From Proteromonas lacertae (lineage: Eukaryota), in assembly GCA_002245135.1 (NCBI GenBank), contig NGBS01000308.1, positions 1 through 64,000 on the forward strand: a stretch of DNA of 64,000 nt, written 5' to 3'. Each line of letters opens with the position of its first letter. Within the stretch, counting starts at the first letter, position 1. The notes under the pieces were generated by a model, which saw nothing but the letters and a program-made list of their open reading frames with translations, was not told where the DNA came from and did not search any database. Made by a program: the position numbers and the translations under genes. Below, in pieces: positions 25,692-41,000 of the stretch.

Positions 25692-28600
25692 TTATTCAAC
25701 ATTGTAGAATTCAATTGATAATTCTTTTTTCTCTTTTTCTGTAATACTTGTTAATTTTATACTTCCAATTGATGAAAACATTTCTAAAAATGATTTTAAT
25801 TCTGTTTTATTTATATTTTCTTTCACTGTTATGGATAATTGGATTATGCAATCAAAAATTTCAGTGTTTTCTTTCATCATTCTCAATTCTTTTTCATTTA
25901 ATTCATTTCCTTCTAAATTAATCTCTCTTAACGGTTTGTAATCTTTTAACCTTTCTATTAACATTTTTAAACCTTTTTCACTCATTCCAATATCTATTCA
26001 AATTAAACAATAATATTTATGTTAATACTTGACAGGATTAATGAATAACCATTAAGAAATTTTTCTAAATATTTACATATTATTTCAATTCCTTCATCTC
26101 CAATTGGATTATTAAATATGGAAATGTACCTCACATATTTTGGTAAAGAATCAGTTAATTCTTTTAATCCTTTATAACTAATTCTATTATTGGATAAATC
26201 AAGACTGTTATAATTAATCTGTTTAAATAATGAAATATGAGAATCATTAATATTTAAATCTATTTCATAACACAGTTATATTTAATACCAGAAAAATCAT
26301 ATTTTCTATTACGTTTTCTTTTCTTTTTAATACAATAATCCAAATAATACTCCAATTCTTCATTTGTCCATAATGGATTTTTCATTTGTATAAATGGATA
26401 ATCTTCTTTTTCTAATGATTTAGAACATATTGCTTTTAATCCATTTAATCTGATATTATTTCCATTCAGCTTTACACTCCAACAATGTTTAATTGAATTT
26501 AATTCTTTTGCTAATAACATTACACTTTCATCACCTATTGATATATTGCTCAAATTCATTTCATAAATATAATCATCAACTAACATATTTACCCTATTTA
26601 ATAATAACTTAAATCCATTATTACCTATTGGATTATCTATTGAATAAATATTGACTAATATAGAATACTATCAATAGACAGTTTTTGAATATTATTATTT
26701 TCTTTCACATAATTCACCAAATATTCAATTCCATTTGAATCTATGTTATTTCCACTTATATCAAGTTTATATATCTTTTCATCAGTTTTTTTAAACCACC
26801 TAATAAATAATTTAATCCAGTTGATGATAATCCCATATCTATTTATTATTGAACAAACAATACAATTAAAGAAATATTTTAATAAATGTAAATGTGGAGA
26901 TAATATTTTCATTCCTTCATCTCCTATTTCATTTTCCATATAATTGAAGTTTATTAAGATTTGGTAATAAAGATAAATTGTTTATTAATAATTCAACACT
27001 TTTATATGTTAGTTTATTATCTAAACAATAGAAAAATGTAAAATTATACTACTCAAATCTAACTCCACTATTTCTTTCAATTCGTTTAATCCTTAAAGAA
27101 AAAAATGATTTGAAAAAATCATCATCAATTTCTAATTTGCTCAGATATCGAAATTTGATGTATTTTATTAACTCTGGAATGTTTTTATCTACCAGCAATT
27201 CCTTATTGTTTTTATAGAAAGTAAATGATAATTTTAAAATAGGAAATGTTGAAAATAAAGCTTTTAATCTTTTTGAATAAATGTTTTTATTTCCATAAAT
27301 ATTTATTCTGTTGAGATTTGGATATTTATATAATTCTTCTGATAATAATATCATTGAATCATCATTTAAATCCATTCCAGAAAGATTTAATTCATTTATC
27401 TTGTTGATTAATAAATGTAAATATGGAAGTAATATTTTAAACCCTTTTGGACCAATTGGATTGTCTATTTCAAAATAATATATAATTGAATAAAAGATAC
27501 ATGTAAGATCTACATATTTCAATTTCATCAATGGAAATGATTTAACATATGATTCAATGAAATTATAACTCAAATGACAATTAAATAAATGTAATTCTTG
27601 TAGATTTGTTAATTGACTAAATAATGATCCAAATAATGATTGAAATTGAATTGGAATAGGAATATTAACTAAAATAATAATAAAAAACTACAGGAATTAT
27701 ACCAAAATCAAGTTTTGTGGGATTAATCATTTTCATTATTCTGAAGATATACTTCATTCCTTCTTCACAAAAACAAAGACAACTCAAATTAATTTTGATA
27801 GTATCTTTATCATCTCTATCAGTATCTATATTAAACATCATTTCATCTAAATAACATTCTCTTCCTTCTTTACATTCATGATAAATTTCAAATTGTAATT
27901 CATTTCTTATTGAATAATCTCCCTTGTATAGCTTCATCATTAATAAAATTGCTAATGTTCTTTCATCTGGCTTTTTATTGTAAGATTCAATTAAACTATC
28001 TCTATTTTCTATTTTTATATTATTTATATTATTTATACTCATCTCTTCATCAAGATTAATCTCTTCTTCATTGAAATGGAATTACTGGGAGTTGTGCTTC
28101 ATTTAATTCTATTAATCATAGTAAAGCTAACATATTACATACTTTTCAATTCAGACATTACTTCATTCAATTTCAAACGATCTTTCCTTTTCTTTTTGAA
28201 ATATTCTTTTTAAATAGTAGTTTATATCTTCTCCATATTCACATTTTAATGGAGTATATTTTATATCTCGAATATTCTCTAGAGTTTCTAACATGTTTGA
28301 ACCAAGAAAAGGATATTTTCCACTCATAATATAATAAATATTAATCCAAAATTCCAAATATCACTTAAAATATCTAATTCTTTTCCTAATAATTAGTCAA
28401 TACAAACAAAACATAAATCCTTTATTTTCATATTTCTAACTTCATCTTTTCCTTTATATAACAAATTTTCTAAATAGTCACTTATTATCACTTCATTTTC
28501 ATCATTTAGAAAGATATTTGATGGTTTTAAATCACTATGAATTGTTCCATTTTCACGTAAACTCTTTAATACTGCCAATATTCCATTCAATACTTCAAAT

Positions 28601-28959
28601 GAATCTTTCTCTTCAAAGTATTTTCACATGGGTTTGATCTCATCTAAGTGAGTTTTATACTCTCTCATAACTCTATATAATGAATCAACTTCTTTTTCAA
28701 TTACTTTGTATTTCATTAAACCTTTAATATTCAGATTATTGATTCTGTTCATTGTAGACACTACTTCAACAACAGTTTTTGAATCTAACTCACTCACATC
28801 TGTTACCTTCAATAACTTCTTTGACTTGTTGTTTATATCTCTAATTCTTAATAACTTGTTTTTGTATAGGCAGTCATTCATCAACTAATAGAAATAATTA
28901 TAAATAAAAATCTATACTTCATATTTGTGTTTACTCAACCAGTTAGAAAGTGAATTCAT
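25692..28959 (-). pseudogene. Kinase-like + RNI-type LRR gene with in-frame stops
   Basis: HSDLKPSNIFL and SDIW kinase motifs followed by many NxIGDEG LRRs. In-frame TGA at 28624 and TAA at 28393, plus a frameshift at ~28340. Confidence 0.72.
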
Positions 28960-29110
28960 TGTTTTCTAACAATAAGAATCTCTATAACAGGAAAATAGAA
29001 ATTTTAAGATTTCAAGCTTTTTACACTAAGGCTTGAGAATTTTCTAAAAAATTCTTCATTTAAAAAACACAAATTCTTTAACAAATAACAATAATTATTA
29101 ATTAATTAAA

Positions 29111-31937
29111 TCAACCTTCATATCTTCGATTTAAAAAATCTTTCAATTCATTCTTTTCTCTCAAAGAAAACAAATCATTCAGTTTATTTGTTTCTACTAA
29201 TCGACATAAATCACAAACACTATTCATATATATAATAATAATAATACTTTTCTATTCTATTCATTATTCCATGAATATGTTTGTCAACATTTGGAAATTT
29301 ACATAATACATCTTTTTCTACTACTCCTTCATTCACTCCGTTATTCATTTCGCTATTCATTTCCATCGCTTCTACTACCACTGGTTCTTCTTCATGAAGT
29401 TTCAATTTGTAGATTATCTAATAAATAATACATTATTATCTAATTATATATATACTTTCATTGAGTGAAGTGGAGAGAATGACCAAATCACTCTCAACTG
29501 AGGATGTTCTTTTAATAATAATAATAATTTAGATCGAACTTGATATAAACTATTGAAATTCTTCTTTTCATTTTCATTACATTCTATCAATAAACAGCTT
29601 ATTCCATAATTTCTACACATCATCTCACTTTGATTGTTTAATCTTCCACTGATTTAAAGATCCAATTAAATCATTTATACTTTTTCTTTCTATACAAATA
29701 TTTCGACTTATTACATAATCACCTATTTCCAATGTTACTGGTAATACTCGAAAACCACTTAAATATAATTCACAAGGTAAACTACTTCGAAATTCTCGAA
29801 GATCAACTATCACTTGAGCTTCTTCACTTCGACATTTTCTACTACTCTTTTTATCTTCAATCTCAATATAATTACATTGTTTTCCTTTGGGTAATACTAA
29901 ATTTGATTTTTCTTTTATTAATTTATCAAAATTATTAAATTCCATCTCTAAATCAGTTCAAATAACAATATTGTTCCATCGATTCATCATATCTTAAGAA
30001 ATATAATCGAATTGATTTTCCTGGATTATCACATCGATATACTTCACTTTCTCTAACTAAACCAAGATTTGGTTCACACATTATTATAAAGGATGGTTTT
30101 ATTGTGTATAACAACATTATTGTTGATTTGAGAATTGAATTACTCGTCATGTATATATTAAAACCACGAATATGCACTATTCATTATATTACAACATCAT
30201 TATAATATAAATACAAACAAATATAAATCCTTCTTCATTTAAGATATTGTTAGCTTTTGTTTCATAGGAATTGATAGAATTTAGTTCATCAGGTGATAAT
30301 ATTGATGGAATATTTATTCCTTTCTATTATTATAACATAATAGAATATATCATACTTTTTGTGATTTGGAATTTAGTCTTTTCATTGTATTCATCAAATT
30401 TCTTTTCAATATCACTGTTTCTCCAAACTATTGTCATTATAAAATATCATAAATATATAAGTACATTCATAAACAATAAATGTCTTATCAACATATGATT
30501 TGAATTATAAAACAATAGGATTGTTGCTCCATTATCCATTTCCATACTCTTTGCTTTTCTTAAACTCAATTTTTGTATTTCATTTAATATCAAATTATTA
30601 TCACTACTGTAATTGTCATTTATTACATAATCCACTACTTCATCACTTATCTTGTTTTTCTCATTCCAACATTCATTTATTTCATGAAATATGCTGTTTA
30701 TCAACTCATATTTTGGTTCTTTTTCTAATAATATATCGACTTTCATTGATTTTCCATCTTCACTTTTATTACTTTCATATACTCGAGATTTAGATAATTC
30801 GATTAATTCATCTATTTAGTAATGAAAATAAAAATCAATTTTTATACTAAATTCAGTATCAATCAACCATACTAATTGTTTATTAGATAATTCAATTGAG
30901 ACATTTTCACTTATTTCATAAAATGTCACACAATCAGTCGTTATTAAGTATTTCAATAAAGAATGGATTGATTTTATGTAGTTTATTGTATCACTGAATT
31001 TATATCTCAATTTCTCTTTTTCAATTATATTCTCTAGTTTTTTAACAAATCGATTGTTTAAATAATTCTTTTTATCAAATTCTATCTCTTTCTCATTCGA
31101 TATAAACAAATTCTTTTCTATTTTCATTCCTTTTAAACAATCATCGATTATATTTATTAATATTGATTGGATTTTATTCATTTTTTCACTCATATCTTGT
31201 TTGAATTGAATTACTTCAGTTGGATGTTCTTCTATACATTTTACTACTTTCTTCTCAAAACGAGGATATAATATCACATTATCAACATTTAAATTCATAC
31301 AAATATGATATAATGAACTGTTATTACTATAACTATTAATTATATTCGAATTATCACTTAAACAGATTATTCTCACATTTTCATTCTTTTCTCTCAATAA
31401 ACTACAGATAAATACTTCACTACAGTGATAATGTAATTGTTCACTATTAAATATGTAAACAGTACTTATATTATTCTCACGAATTCGTTCTTTTAGTAAA
31501 TCAGCTATTAAAATTCGAGATGTGATTATTATTACACCTCCTTGTTTGTATTGTATTAATCTGTAAGATAATTTCATTTCACTGGTTATTACTACTGGTA
31601 TTTGTGTCTCTGGTATTGAATATTCACGTAAACAGCTACACAGTGAAGCAGCCTATGAGATAGTCTATAACAACAACGAATAAATACATAATCATCTCCA
31701 TTCAGTAGAAATACTAATTCATTAGGTCTTTTGTTTAAACAATGGGTTTTCAATACCTCACACAAGATCTAAACAGTAATTATTCTATAAATATACTTTT
31801 GATATTCCTAATCCATTACTGGTAATAATAAGACCACCATGAGGTGATAATTCAGATAAAATGCTTTGTACGATGTCTTTAAACATCAAAAATGATTTTC
31901 TAAAAATAGATTCGTTTCGATTTTCATTTTTTATCAT
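29111..31937 (-). CDS. ERCC4: DNA repair endonuclease XPF (ERCC4/Rad1)
   Basis: GGVIIITSRILIADLL and VIVDLREFRSSLP..TLEIGDYVISRNICIERKSINDLIGSL. Two 1-nt insertions at ~29957 and ~29651. Start is 31937 or 31886. Confidence 0.9.
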
Positions 31938-32015
31938 TTTAACAACAACATAACAATTCAACAACAAAGATATATATCAAATATAATAATAAAATGTAAT
32001 ATAATAAAAAATCTA

Positions 32016-35000
32016 TTACTTATTTTTACAACAAACTATATTTAAACTTCCATCTTGTAATCCAACTAACATACTTTTCTCATGTTTACTGAAACTAATG
32101 TATCTTATAGCACTCTCAAATCTCAAATCATTAAATAACATTGGATAACCTATATAATATTTATCATTATTTTCTTCCATTTTCTTTTTATGATTTTCTA
32201 TTTCATTCAATTCACTATCAAATACCATTATTCTTCCACTTTCACCTCCACATATTATATATTCACTATCTTCGCTTAGTTTAATAGTATATAATCGATC
32301 ATTTATCTCCTTTTTCTTTAATAAATCACCTTTCAAGTTGTATAATCTTAAGGAATAATCCATCTCACAATAACATAATATATTTCGATTTCTCTTCAAT
32401 ATTCCCAACCAATCAATTCTTAAAGGATGAACTGCAGATTTTCTAGAATTTTCTTCACTTTTCTTTTCACAAATTATTATACTACCAATATAAACTCCTT
32501 TAATTATTGAGTTAATGATTATTCTACCATCATCACTTCCTGAAACAACTAAATCTAAATCACTACAAACATAAACACTTCTGATAATATCATCATGTCC
32601 ACTTATTATATATAACAATTCAATATTATTATTATTATTATTATTATTATTTATCTTATATATATGGACATTAGTATCTCTACTTCCTGTTATCAAGTAT
32701 TTATTATCTTCACTGATTGATATACAAGTGATTATATCTTTATGAAAACTATAACTTTCTTCATATTCAAATGTATTTAAGTTTGTCACTTTAAATGATA
32801 AATCCCAATGTCCACATGTATAGAGTTTTGGATTATTATTGCTATTAGAAATAGCGAATAATTGTTGGGAATGTATTGTTGATGGTTCTTTTATATTGAT
32901 AATTGGTGAATATGGATTACCAACAGTAATATTCTTGATTAAGGATAAATCATACTTATTGGCAGTTGTAGCAGCAGTTGTTGTTGTTGTAGCAGTTGTA
33001 TTTGGTGTTATTATGTAATTAAATAATCCAACACTTCTTTCATCATTGATTGTTGCTAATTTCATATTCTTTTCATCATTGTCACTATCATTCTCTTTAT
33101 CTTTACTATTATCAGATGGATTTGTTGTTGTTGTGGTATAAAATTCAGCATATAATAATGGACTTGCATATAATTGAATCCTTTTAATTACTTCATAACT
33201 TCGATCTTTTGAGATTTCATTCAATTCATAGAAATTTGAATATTTTAGACATTTATTGCAGTTAAAATTACATCTCGAAATCATTGGTAAATCAATTGGT
33301 TTTGGAATTGTTAAAGCATCTCTAGTTGGATGATTTGTTTTAAACAATTTGATTGGACATTGACCAAAATTATCTACCATAACGGATATTTTTTCAAATG
33401 CATTTTTATTATATAAATACAATTTATCTAAATCAAAGTTTTCTTCATAACAGAATGGATTATAAATATTATATACTTTTTCACCTTCTATTCCACTTTG
33501 TTTATAACCAAATATTAAATCAATCCATTCATTTAAATGATGAGATACATAATCACTTTCTAAAGCTAATCGATGTTTATAGATGAAATCTTCAGCAGAT
33601 TTAGCCCATTTTGGTAACACTACATTATTGATCTTAAAACCACGTTGAGTAGTTCCTAAATCGATATTATTTATATTATTAAACATATTAGGGAAACAGA
33701 ACCATTCAGGTATTAATTCTTTTGCATCACTATCATTTTCTATACAACTTTCAAAAGTATCTTTGACATTATAAAACTGTCTATCAGGTCGATCAAATAC
33801 TCCATCTTGTAGGTAAATATGATAAGTTGTAAATGGTTCTATTCGAATTAAATACCATATAACTGAAGCTGGATTACTATAATGAACAGCTGAATGTTGT
33901 GGAGGAGGAATTCTTGTTGGATTGTTAATCTCATCTTCTGTAGTATTTATCTTTTTATTATTATTGTTTCTTTCTTTCATTGATTCATTATATTCCATTT
34001 TTAATAATTCATATTTCTCTTTCATTTGCTGTTGTTTTTCTTCTAATTGAGCTGTTATTGGTAATGATAAATCTCGATATACTTCGGAATTACTTAAATC
34101 TAATTCTTCACTTGTATAATCTTTCAATATCCAAGGGAATATTGGATATTGAGCCAAATCGTTAAATGTTCTACCAGCTATACGGTTTAACATCATTAAA
34201 TAATCAAAATTACTTATCTCATGTCTTTGCCACTTTTCAGTGATTTTTAATTTGTTTAATATTTCGATTGGATTAGTTCCTAAGAACGGATTCATTGTTT
34301 TAAGATTCAAAGAGGTAATTCTATTGATAAAAGTATCTCTTAACTTTATAGTTTTAAAGTTAAATAAATAAGATTTTTCATTATCTAAGTATATTTCTAT
34401 ACCAACATGTCTTAATTGATATCTTCGACATTCAATTGATCTGATTTGTTTCAATTTTATCATTTTACTTTTACTCGCTTTTAATAAATATTGTTTCTTC
34501 ACTCCATGACCATTTTCATTGGCTATTATTTGTCCTTGATATAATTGAGTATCATAGATTGGAGCTCTTGTAAATACTAATACACTATTCGATAAATCTA
34601 ATTCACCTTGAATTACCAACATTGGCGTGATCATTTCAACCTCTGCTTTAAAGATTGATTTCTCTTCTTTCTGTTTTTGTGCTTTAAGAATTGGTTTTAA
34701 TGGTTGTTGTTGCTGTTGTTCTTGTTGCAGTTCCTCTAATTCTTTCGAATTTAATAAGGTTGTTTCATTATAGATTTCATTAATCAAGTTATTTTCTTCT
34801 AATAGAGTATTTTTGATAATATTATCTCTTCTTTCTATTTCTGATTGTGATAATGGATTATTACTAATTTCACCACTTTCTTCTTCACCTTCTTTTCTAC
34901 TTTCAGATCTCTTTAACAATGATGATGATGATGGTGAAGTACTTCGATTATCCCATACACTTGATAATGGATGATTTGTACCTTTTATATTTAATGAAAT

Positions 35001-38000
35001 ATTCGTCTTTACACCTCTGTGATTGTATATTTGATCTAATTTGTAATATTTATGTTTTATTTCTTCATTATTATTATTATTATCTCCATCACCCCATACA
35101 CCTCTTTCATGTGTTAATTCTCTCAATAAATGTTGCCATCTTATATTAATACGTGTATAATCTTTAATACTATCTTCTATATCACTGATTATTCTTTTTT
35201 CTTCATATAATATGATAACTTCAGTAGTATCTTGAATTGGTATGAGTTTGGCTGATGTTATTGGAATATTTCTACAATATAAGTCATTTATATTATCTTC
35301 ACGTTTTTCAATCAAATCCTTCTGATCTGGAATCATTATTAAACTCTTTTGTTTTGGCAAAGATGGGTAGTAATTTTGTAATAATAACAATAGGTGATGT
35401 GACCACTCTGTTATTTCGAAATTGGATTGGATTATTTTTGTACAATTTTCAGTTAATAGTTGTGATTTCTGTTTAATATCCTCTGGTACCTTTTTGAATA
35501 TTGATTTGGGTATTATATCTTTAGCATATTGCATTATTGTTGTTGACAATATGTTTCTATGAGAAATGAAGATTGAATTCAATAATTCCATCATTGAATT
35601 ATACCATTGATCTGTAGGTGGAACATTACTCTTAGTTATGATTGAATTCAATTGTATTACTGCATTATATACAATATAATGATTATTATAAAGAATTGGA
35701 TTATCTCGAATATGATTGGATAATCTCTTAATTGAATCTGAGGCATAATTCAATATAGTCGTTTCATTCTTTAAATCTCTTTTTTCAATGCTTAAATACT
35801 TTGATACTTCTTCCACTAAACTCATACACACTCTTAAATTCATACATAATACAATTTCCGTTGGATTTACCACATTTAACGGTGGTTGAACTTTAGCTTG
35901 ACTAGGGTTTGATGGAGATTCTAATTTTGAAACAATTGATGGTGATAGCACATTAATCACTTGATAAATATTATCAGATAATTTCCATCTTTGATTCAAA
36001 TCATATTCAGGAGATAATTCTGGTGGAACTTCAATATTTTCTTCCATCAACATTACAAATTTATAAAATATAATAAATTCTAATGGTTTTAAAGGCGTTT
36101 TATTTTCTTCTCTCAATTTCTCTTCTGCTAATAATCTTTGCATTATATTCCATAGAGTATCTAAATAGATAGTTGATCTTATTTCAACTGGTAATTCACT
36201 GATATAGGATAAACTGTCATTAATAACAGATACTCCATCTTCACCATTGTTTTCAGCTGGATTTGTCAGTGTATGTAATGCATGTAAGTGTAAAATAGTA
36301 AATATATCAATCAACCAATGGGAGATTTGATTGAAATTAAATTGATTATTATTGTCATTGTTATTGCTATTATTGTTTAATTGGTTAAATTCACTCTGTT
36401 TATTGTATAATTTAACATAAAAATCTAATAAGTCTTTCTGCCACTTTGGTATATCTAAAAATATTTCTCTATTCTTATTTGCATCAGTATTCTTTGTTAA
36501 TAATGTCCTTAAATCAGTCATAAATAGTAATAATACATCAAATGTTGTATTACATGTACAAATGTATAATGTCTTTAATAATTGAGTTATAACGATTGTT
36601 CCTGATTCATCTAATCGATCATGACCAGTCATTGATGTATATAAAGCTTCATAAGTTGTATGAGATAAAGGGTAAGTAGATAATAAGTTACCAAATTGAG
36701 TGAAATAATCATCTAAAGCTTTGATATTAATTCCTAAGAAATCCCATAGACTACCAGTTTCAAATGTAATTTCATTATGATTATTAGGTATAACAACTCG
36801 TCTATAAGTTTTATTCTTCATCTCTACAGCTCTATTGATCAACATACAGATGATTTGAATGGTTGTTAATCTTACATCACTACTTGGATTGTTTAATAAT
36901 GATAACATAGCATGTGGACCATTAAATGGTAATAAATAAGTTTCAATTTCATTATTATCTCCTACATTTTTATTATCCATTTGAATATATCGTGTAGAAT
37001 AAATAGCAAATTGATCTATTTGTTTTTTATCTTCAGAAAATAAGATTAATATTAAATTCAATATTTCCATTAAGTGATTCTTATCAGTGTTTTTCATATA
37101 ATTCTTTTTGATCACATTGATATATAAATCAAACACTTGATCTGGTTGTATAACATCATTTGATTGGATTAACATTGTCATTATTTGAATAATATTAAAT
37201 CGAATTAACTGTAATTCTTCAAATGTTGGTCTTTTCCCATCAACTCTATTACTATAAGGATGTTTTCTTTCATCTTTTAATGTATAATAATATTTCAATG
37301 ATAATTTATCATTCTCTTCAATTGTTGAACTACTCATTGTCTTAGAGATTGGATTAGAAGTATGTGAATCAACACTGGTAGCTGATAATATGGCTGGTAA
37401 ACTAGAGATTGATCCTCTCCTTCTTTCTTGATTAATGATCTCTTCACTTTTATGGATTTCTAAATCTTCATTCTTAGGAATATCTAATTCATAATAGTAA
37501 TATTTATCTAATAAATCTAAGAAGAATTGAAATGGGAAGTTGTAGCTGAATATTTGTAACTCTTGTTTGGATTTACTGGTTAAATAACTCAATATGTTTG
37601 AGAATACTTGCAATTGTAATTCCATTGGTGTATAGATCCATATCTTCATATTTAACAAGAAATAACGAATAAATTTCTTTTGTACATTAAACGGTATTTC
37701 AGTGGAATTAATAATCTCCATTATAGTGGATAAATTCTCAACGGATAGATTTTTGGGACTTATATTTTCAAATATAAATGACAGTATTTCAATTCCATAA
37801 TTATCAATGATTTTATTCGTATTATTAGTTGGATTCATTAATTTAAACTTTATAATATTCAATAAAGTAGTAACAATGACTGTAGTCTTATATTTATGAA
37901 TATTATTGATATTCTCTATCATTGTATTATCTTTCTCATCATCATTATATAACTTAGTGATTTTATCTTTCATATCTAATTGAGAGAAGAGTGGATAAAA

Positions 38001-41000
38001 TGCAGTAATTCCTCCCATAGTGTCTAATATTTCACTAATATGTCGAGTATAACAACAATGAGTACCATTCAATATATAACTCTGAATAGAATGTAATGAT
38101 GATTCATATTTACTATCTTTCCATATTATACTATTATACTCTCTGATTGAATTATTGATTAATATATTATCTTTATATACACTACCATTAATAGCTATAC
38201 AGATGGATTTAGTTAAAGATCCATCACATAATAAGGAGATATCTCTTAATGCGTTTGAACTATTATTATTATCATTATTATTATTGTCATTTTGGTAAGG
38301 GATGATGATATGATCAGTTTTTAAGTTTCCAAATGTATACATATAATCAGGTCCTAATAAATACAAACCATTGATTTGATTGGCGGTTAAACACTTATTC
38401 AATAAATAAATCGAACCAAATTTTCCATTCAAGCTTGTATGGTTTGATTGTAAATCAGGTTTATTGGCAATAGTATCATTACTATCATTATTAATACCAA
38501 AATAACTTTCTATTGGTTCTTGGATTACTGGATATGGATTGAGTGTATTATATTTCAATTGATCATTAATAAAAATGAGTAAATTTCCATTATGTAATAC
38601 TTTAGAGTTATTTTGTGTTATTATAATGTGATTCCATTGATTCTGTTCAATATAAACTTGTGTATGGATAATTGTATTTTTTACTTTCTTTTCAAATATT
38701 TCAATCACTATTTCTTTTTCCTGTAAATAACATTCTACACCATTTCCTAATGAATCTTTGAAATTGTAAAGATATGGAATGTATAGACATTTTCCAGTTG
38801 AACATTTTCCACTTACTGTAAAACTATTATTCTTATTATTGTTATTGTTATTATAAGAATCTCTATATGGACAATTATAACTCAATATATTCACCCACAT
38901 TGATATGGTATAACCATTTTGTGGAAAGGAAGGTAAACCATCTTTATCATTTAACTGTTTATCTGGTGTATAAAACAAACTCTTCATTTTAATACCTGAA
39001 TTTTGACCGTTACATAATATATATCTTGCTGGACCAAGTGTAAATCTTCCACTGGATGTACAATGCATTAACATCTGATAAAACGCATCTATTAACAATT
39101 TACAATTGGGACTTCTATATTTTTCATTTGTTTCTTCATCTATTTCACTTTTCATTAAACCAAATAATCTCTTCAATTGCCCAATATTAATAGTATTTAT
39201 TCCTATTAAAATAATCACATTGATTGTTAATGATATAACAGAATCATCTAATAATGGATATATATCAATTAATAAATCCAATAATGGTGGATTCATATTC
39301 ACACTTGTAACACTAATATTAGTAGTGCTTTTTTCACCATTTAATAAACTCGCTATATTTTCAATATATTTTAATTGGTTGTTGATATTTGTCCTTGGTA
39401 TTAGCATTACAAATACTTTAAATACATTTGGATTTACAATTTGATAGTAACTTATATTATTTGCTGTTTTTTCTAAAGTTAATTTCAACAATTGTTTCAT
39501 TACACTATCAGATATTTCATCAGGTTCTGCACATATTAACATCTCATATAATTCACTATAACCAATTTCTAATTCAAATTGATTTCTTGTTTGTTTATTA
39601 CTGACAATTAATATGAATACTGTCTCTAATACATCATATACAACGTCTTTATGTGTTTGACTGCCTTGTTGTGGGAAGGAGTTTAAGATTGTTGATAAAT
39701 GAATGAAGATATTAAATGAAACGAATAGTTGTTGTCTAATCTGTTGATATTTTGGATTTTCAGTGATAATTTCACGGATTAAAGGTAACATGACTAAAAG
39801 TGGATGTTTTTGTTCACTGGAGAATGTTTTTCCACCTAATTCGTTTATTAATGACATGAATTTGGTGTATAAATAATGGGAATTGTTCGCTAATAATGTG
39901 GTGATATTCACACCATTATTTAAATCTTCAGAACTTAAGAAATTCGTACTAATTCTCATTAAATAAGATACGACGGTTAAACTGAATCTTTCTAACTGAA
40001 AATCGAATGTAAATGAATATAAAACATCTAAAAACATATGACAATCCATTGAGGTGATTGAAAACATAGAAAGTTCTAGCAATTTCTCATTAATAGCTAA
40101 AAATATATCAATCAATTGGACAAACCACAAATCTTATTGGATATTGTAATACCTTTATATTCATTAGAATAATTCAATAACTTTGCAATATATTGTAACC
40201 AACCACATTTATATAGATTATATCCAATCATTTCAGGTAATAAAATCAACTCTTTCTTTAATAAACATAAAATCTGGTAGATCAAATGGTTCATTATAAT
40301 AATTATCAGATATTAAATCTAATAAGAATTGAATTTCCACTATATATTTATCAGGATTTGGTGTATTTTTAGTTTTACTATTACTCGGATGGTATTGATA
40401 AAATGTAATAGAAATCCAACACCATTTGTCTTATTGAATAAATGTAACGGATATATAATGAAGCAATTTCATTGGTTGTTGTATTTGATAATTTGTAACT
40501 GATCATTTCATCATCTTTAGTTGGATTATAATTATAACATTTTAATATTTCATTATTAATATCTTCATCACTTTTACTATTATCATTACTCCAAAAGTAG
40601 AAATTCTTTGAAAATAATATATTTCGAATATCATTATCATAATAAAACTGATTAATTGAAGGTAATTGATTACATATAATCTTATGGTAATAGATATATA
40701 ATAATGGTAAAATAGGATTCTTTGATATTATATTAATAAAATACTTCTCTACATTCTCTCTATCACTTTCATTGGAATTAAATATATTAATAAACATCGA
40801 TAAAATGGGTTTTGCAACAAAAATTTTCGATACCCCATTTATAATAGAATTATCAAAACATAGTGTCATTAATATTGAATATCCTTGAAATAAGATATAT
40901 GATTTAAACTCATTTTTAAACCAACGAACATGTGGAAAACCATAATCAGTAGTTGGTTCCATGTTCTTTAATAAAGCATCTGTTTTAGCTTGACTGAAGT

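Noticed and set aside
28393..28626. Stop-codon reassignment (in-frame TGA/TAA)
   Set aside because: Long genes (BEACH, SMC3) have no in-frame stops and all three stop codons end genes; pseudogenisation fits better.
29625..29960. Euplotes-like programmed frameshifting in XPF
   Set aside because: Homology places the second shift well before the stop codon, and the shift sites share no motif.
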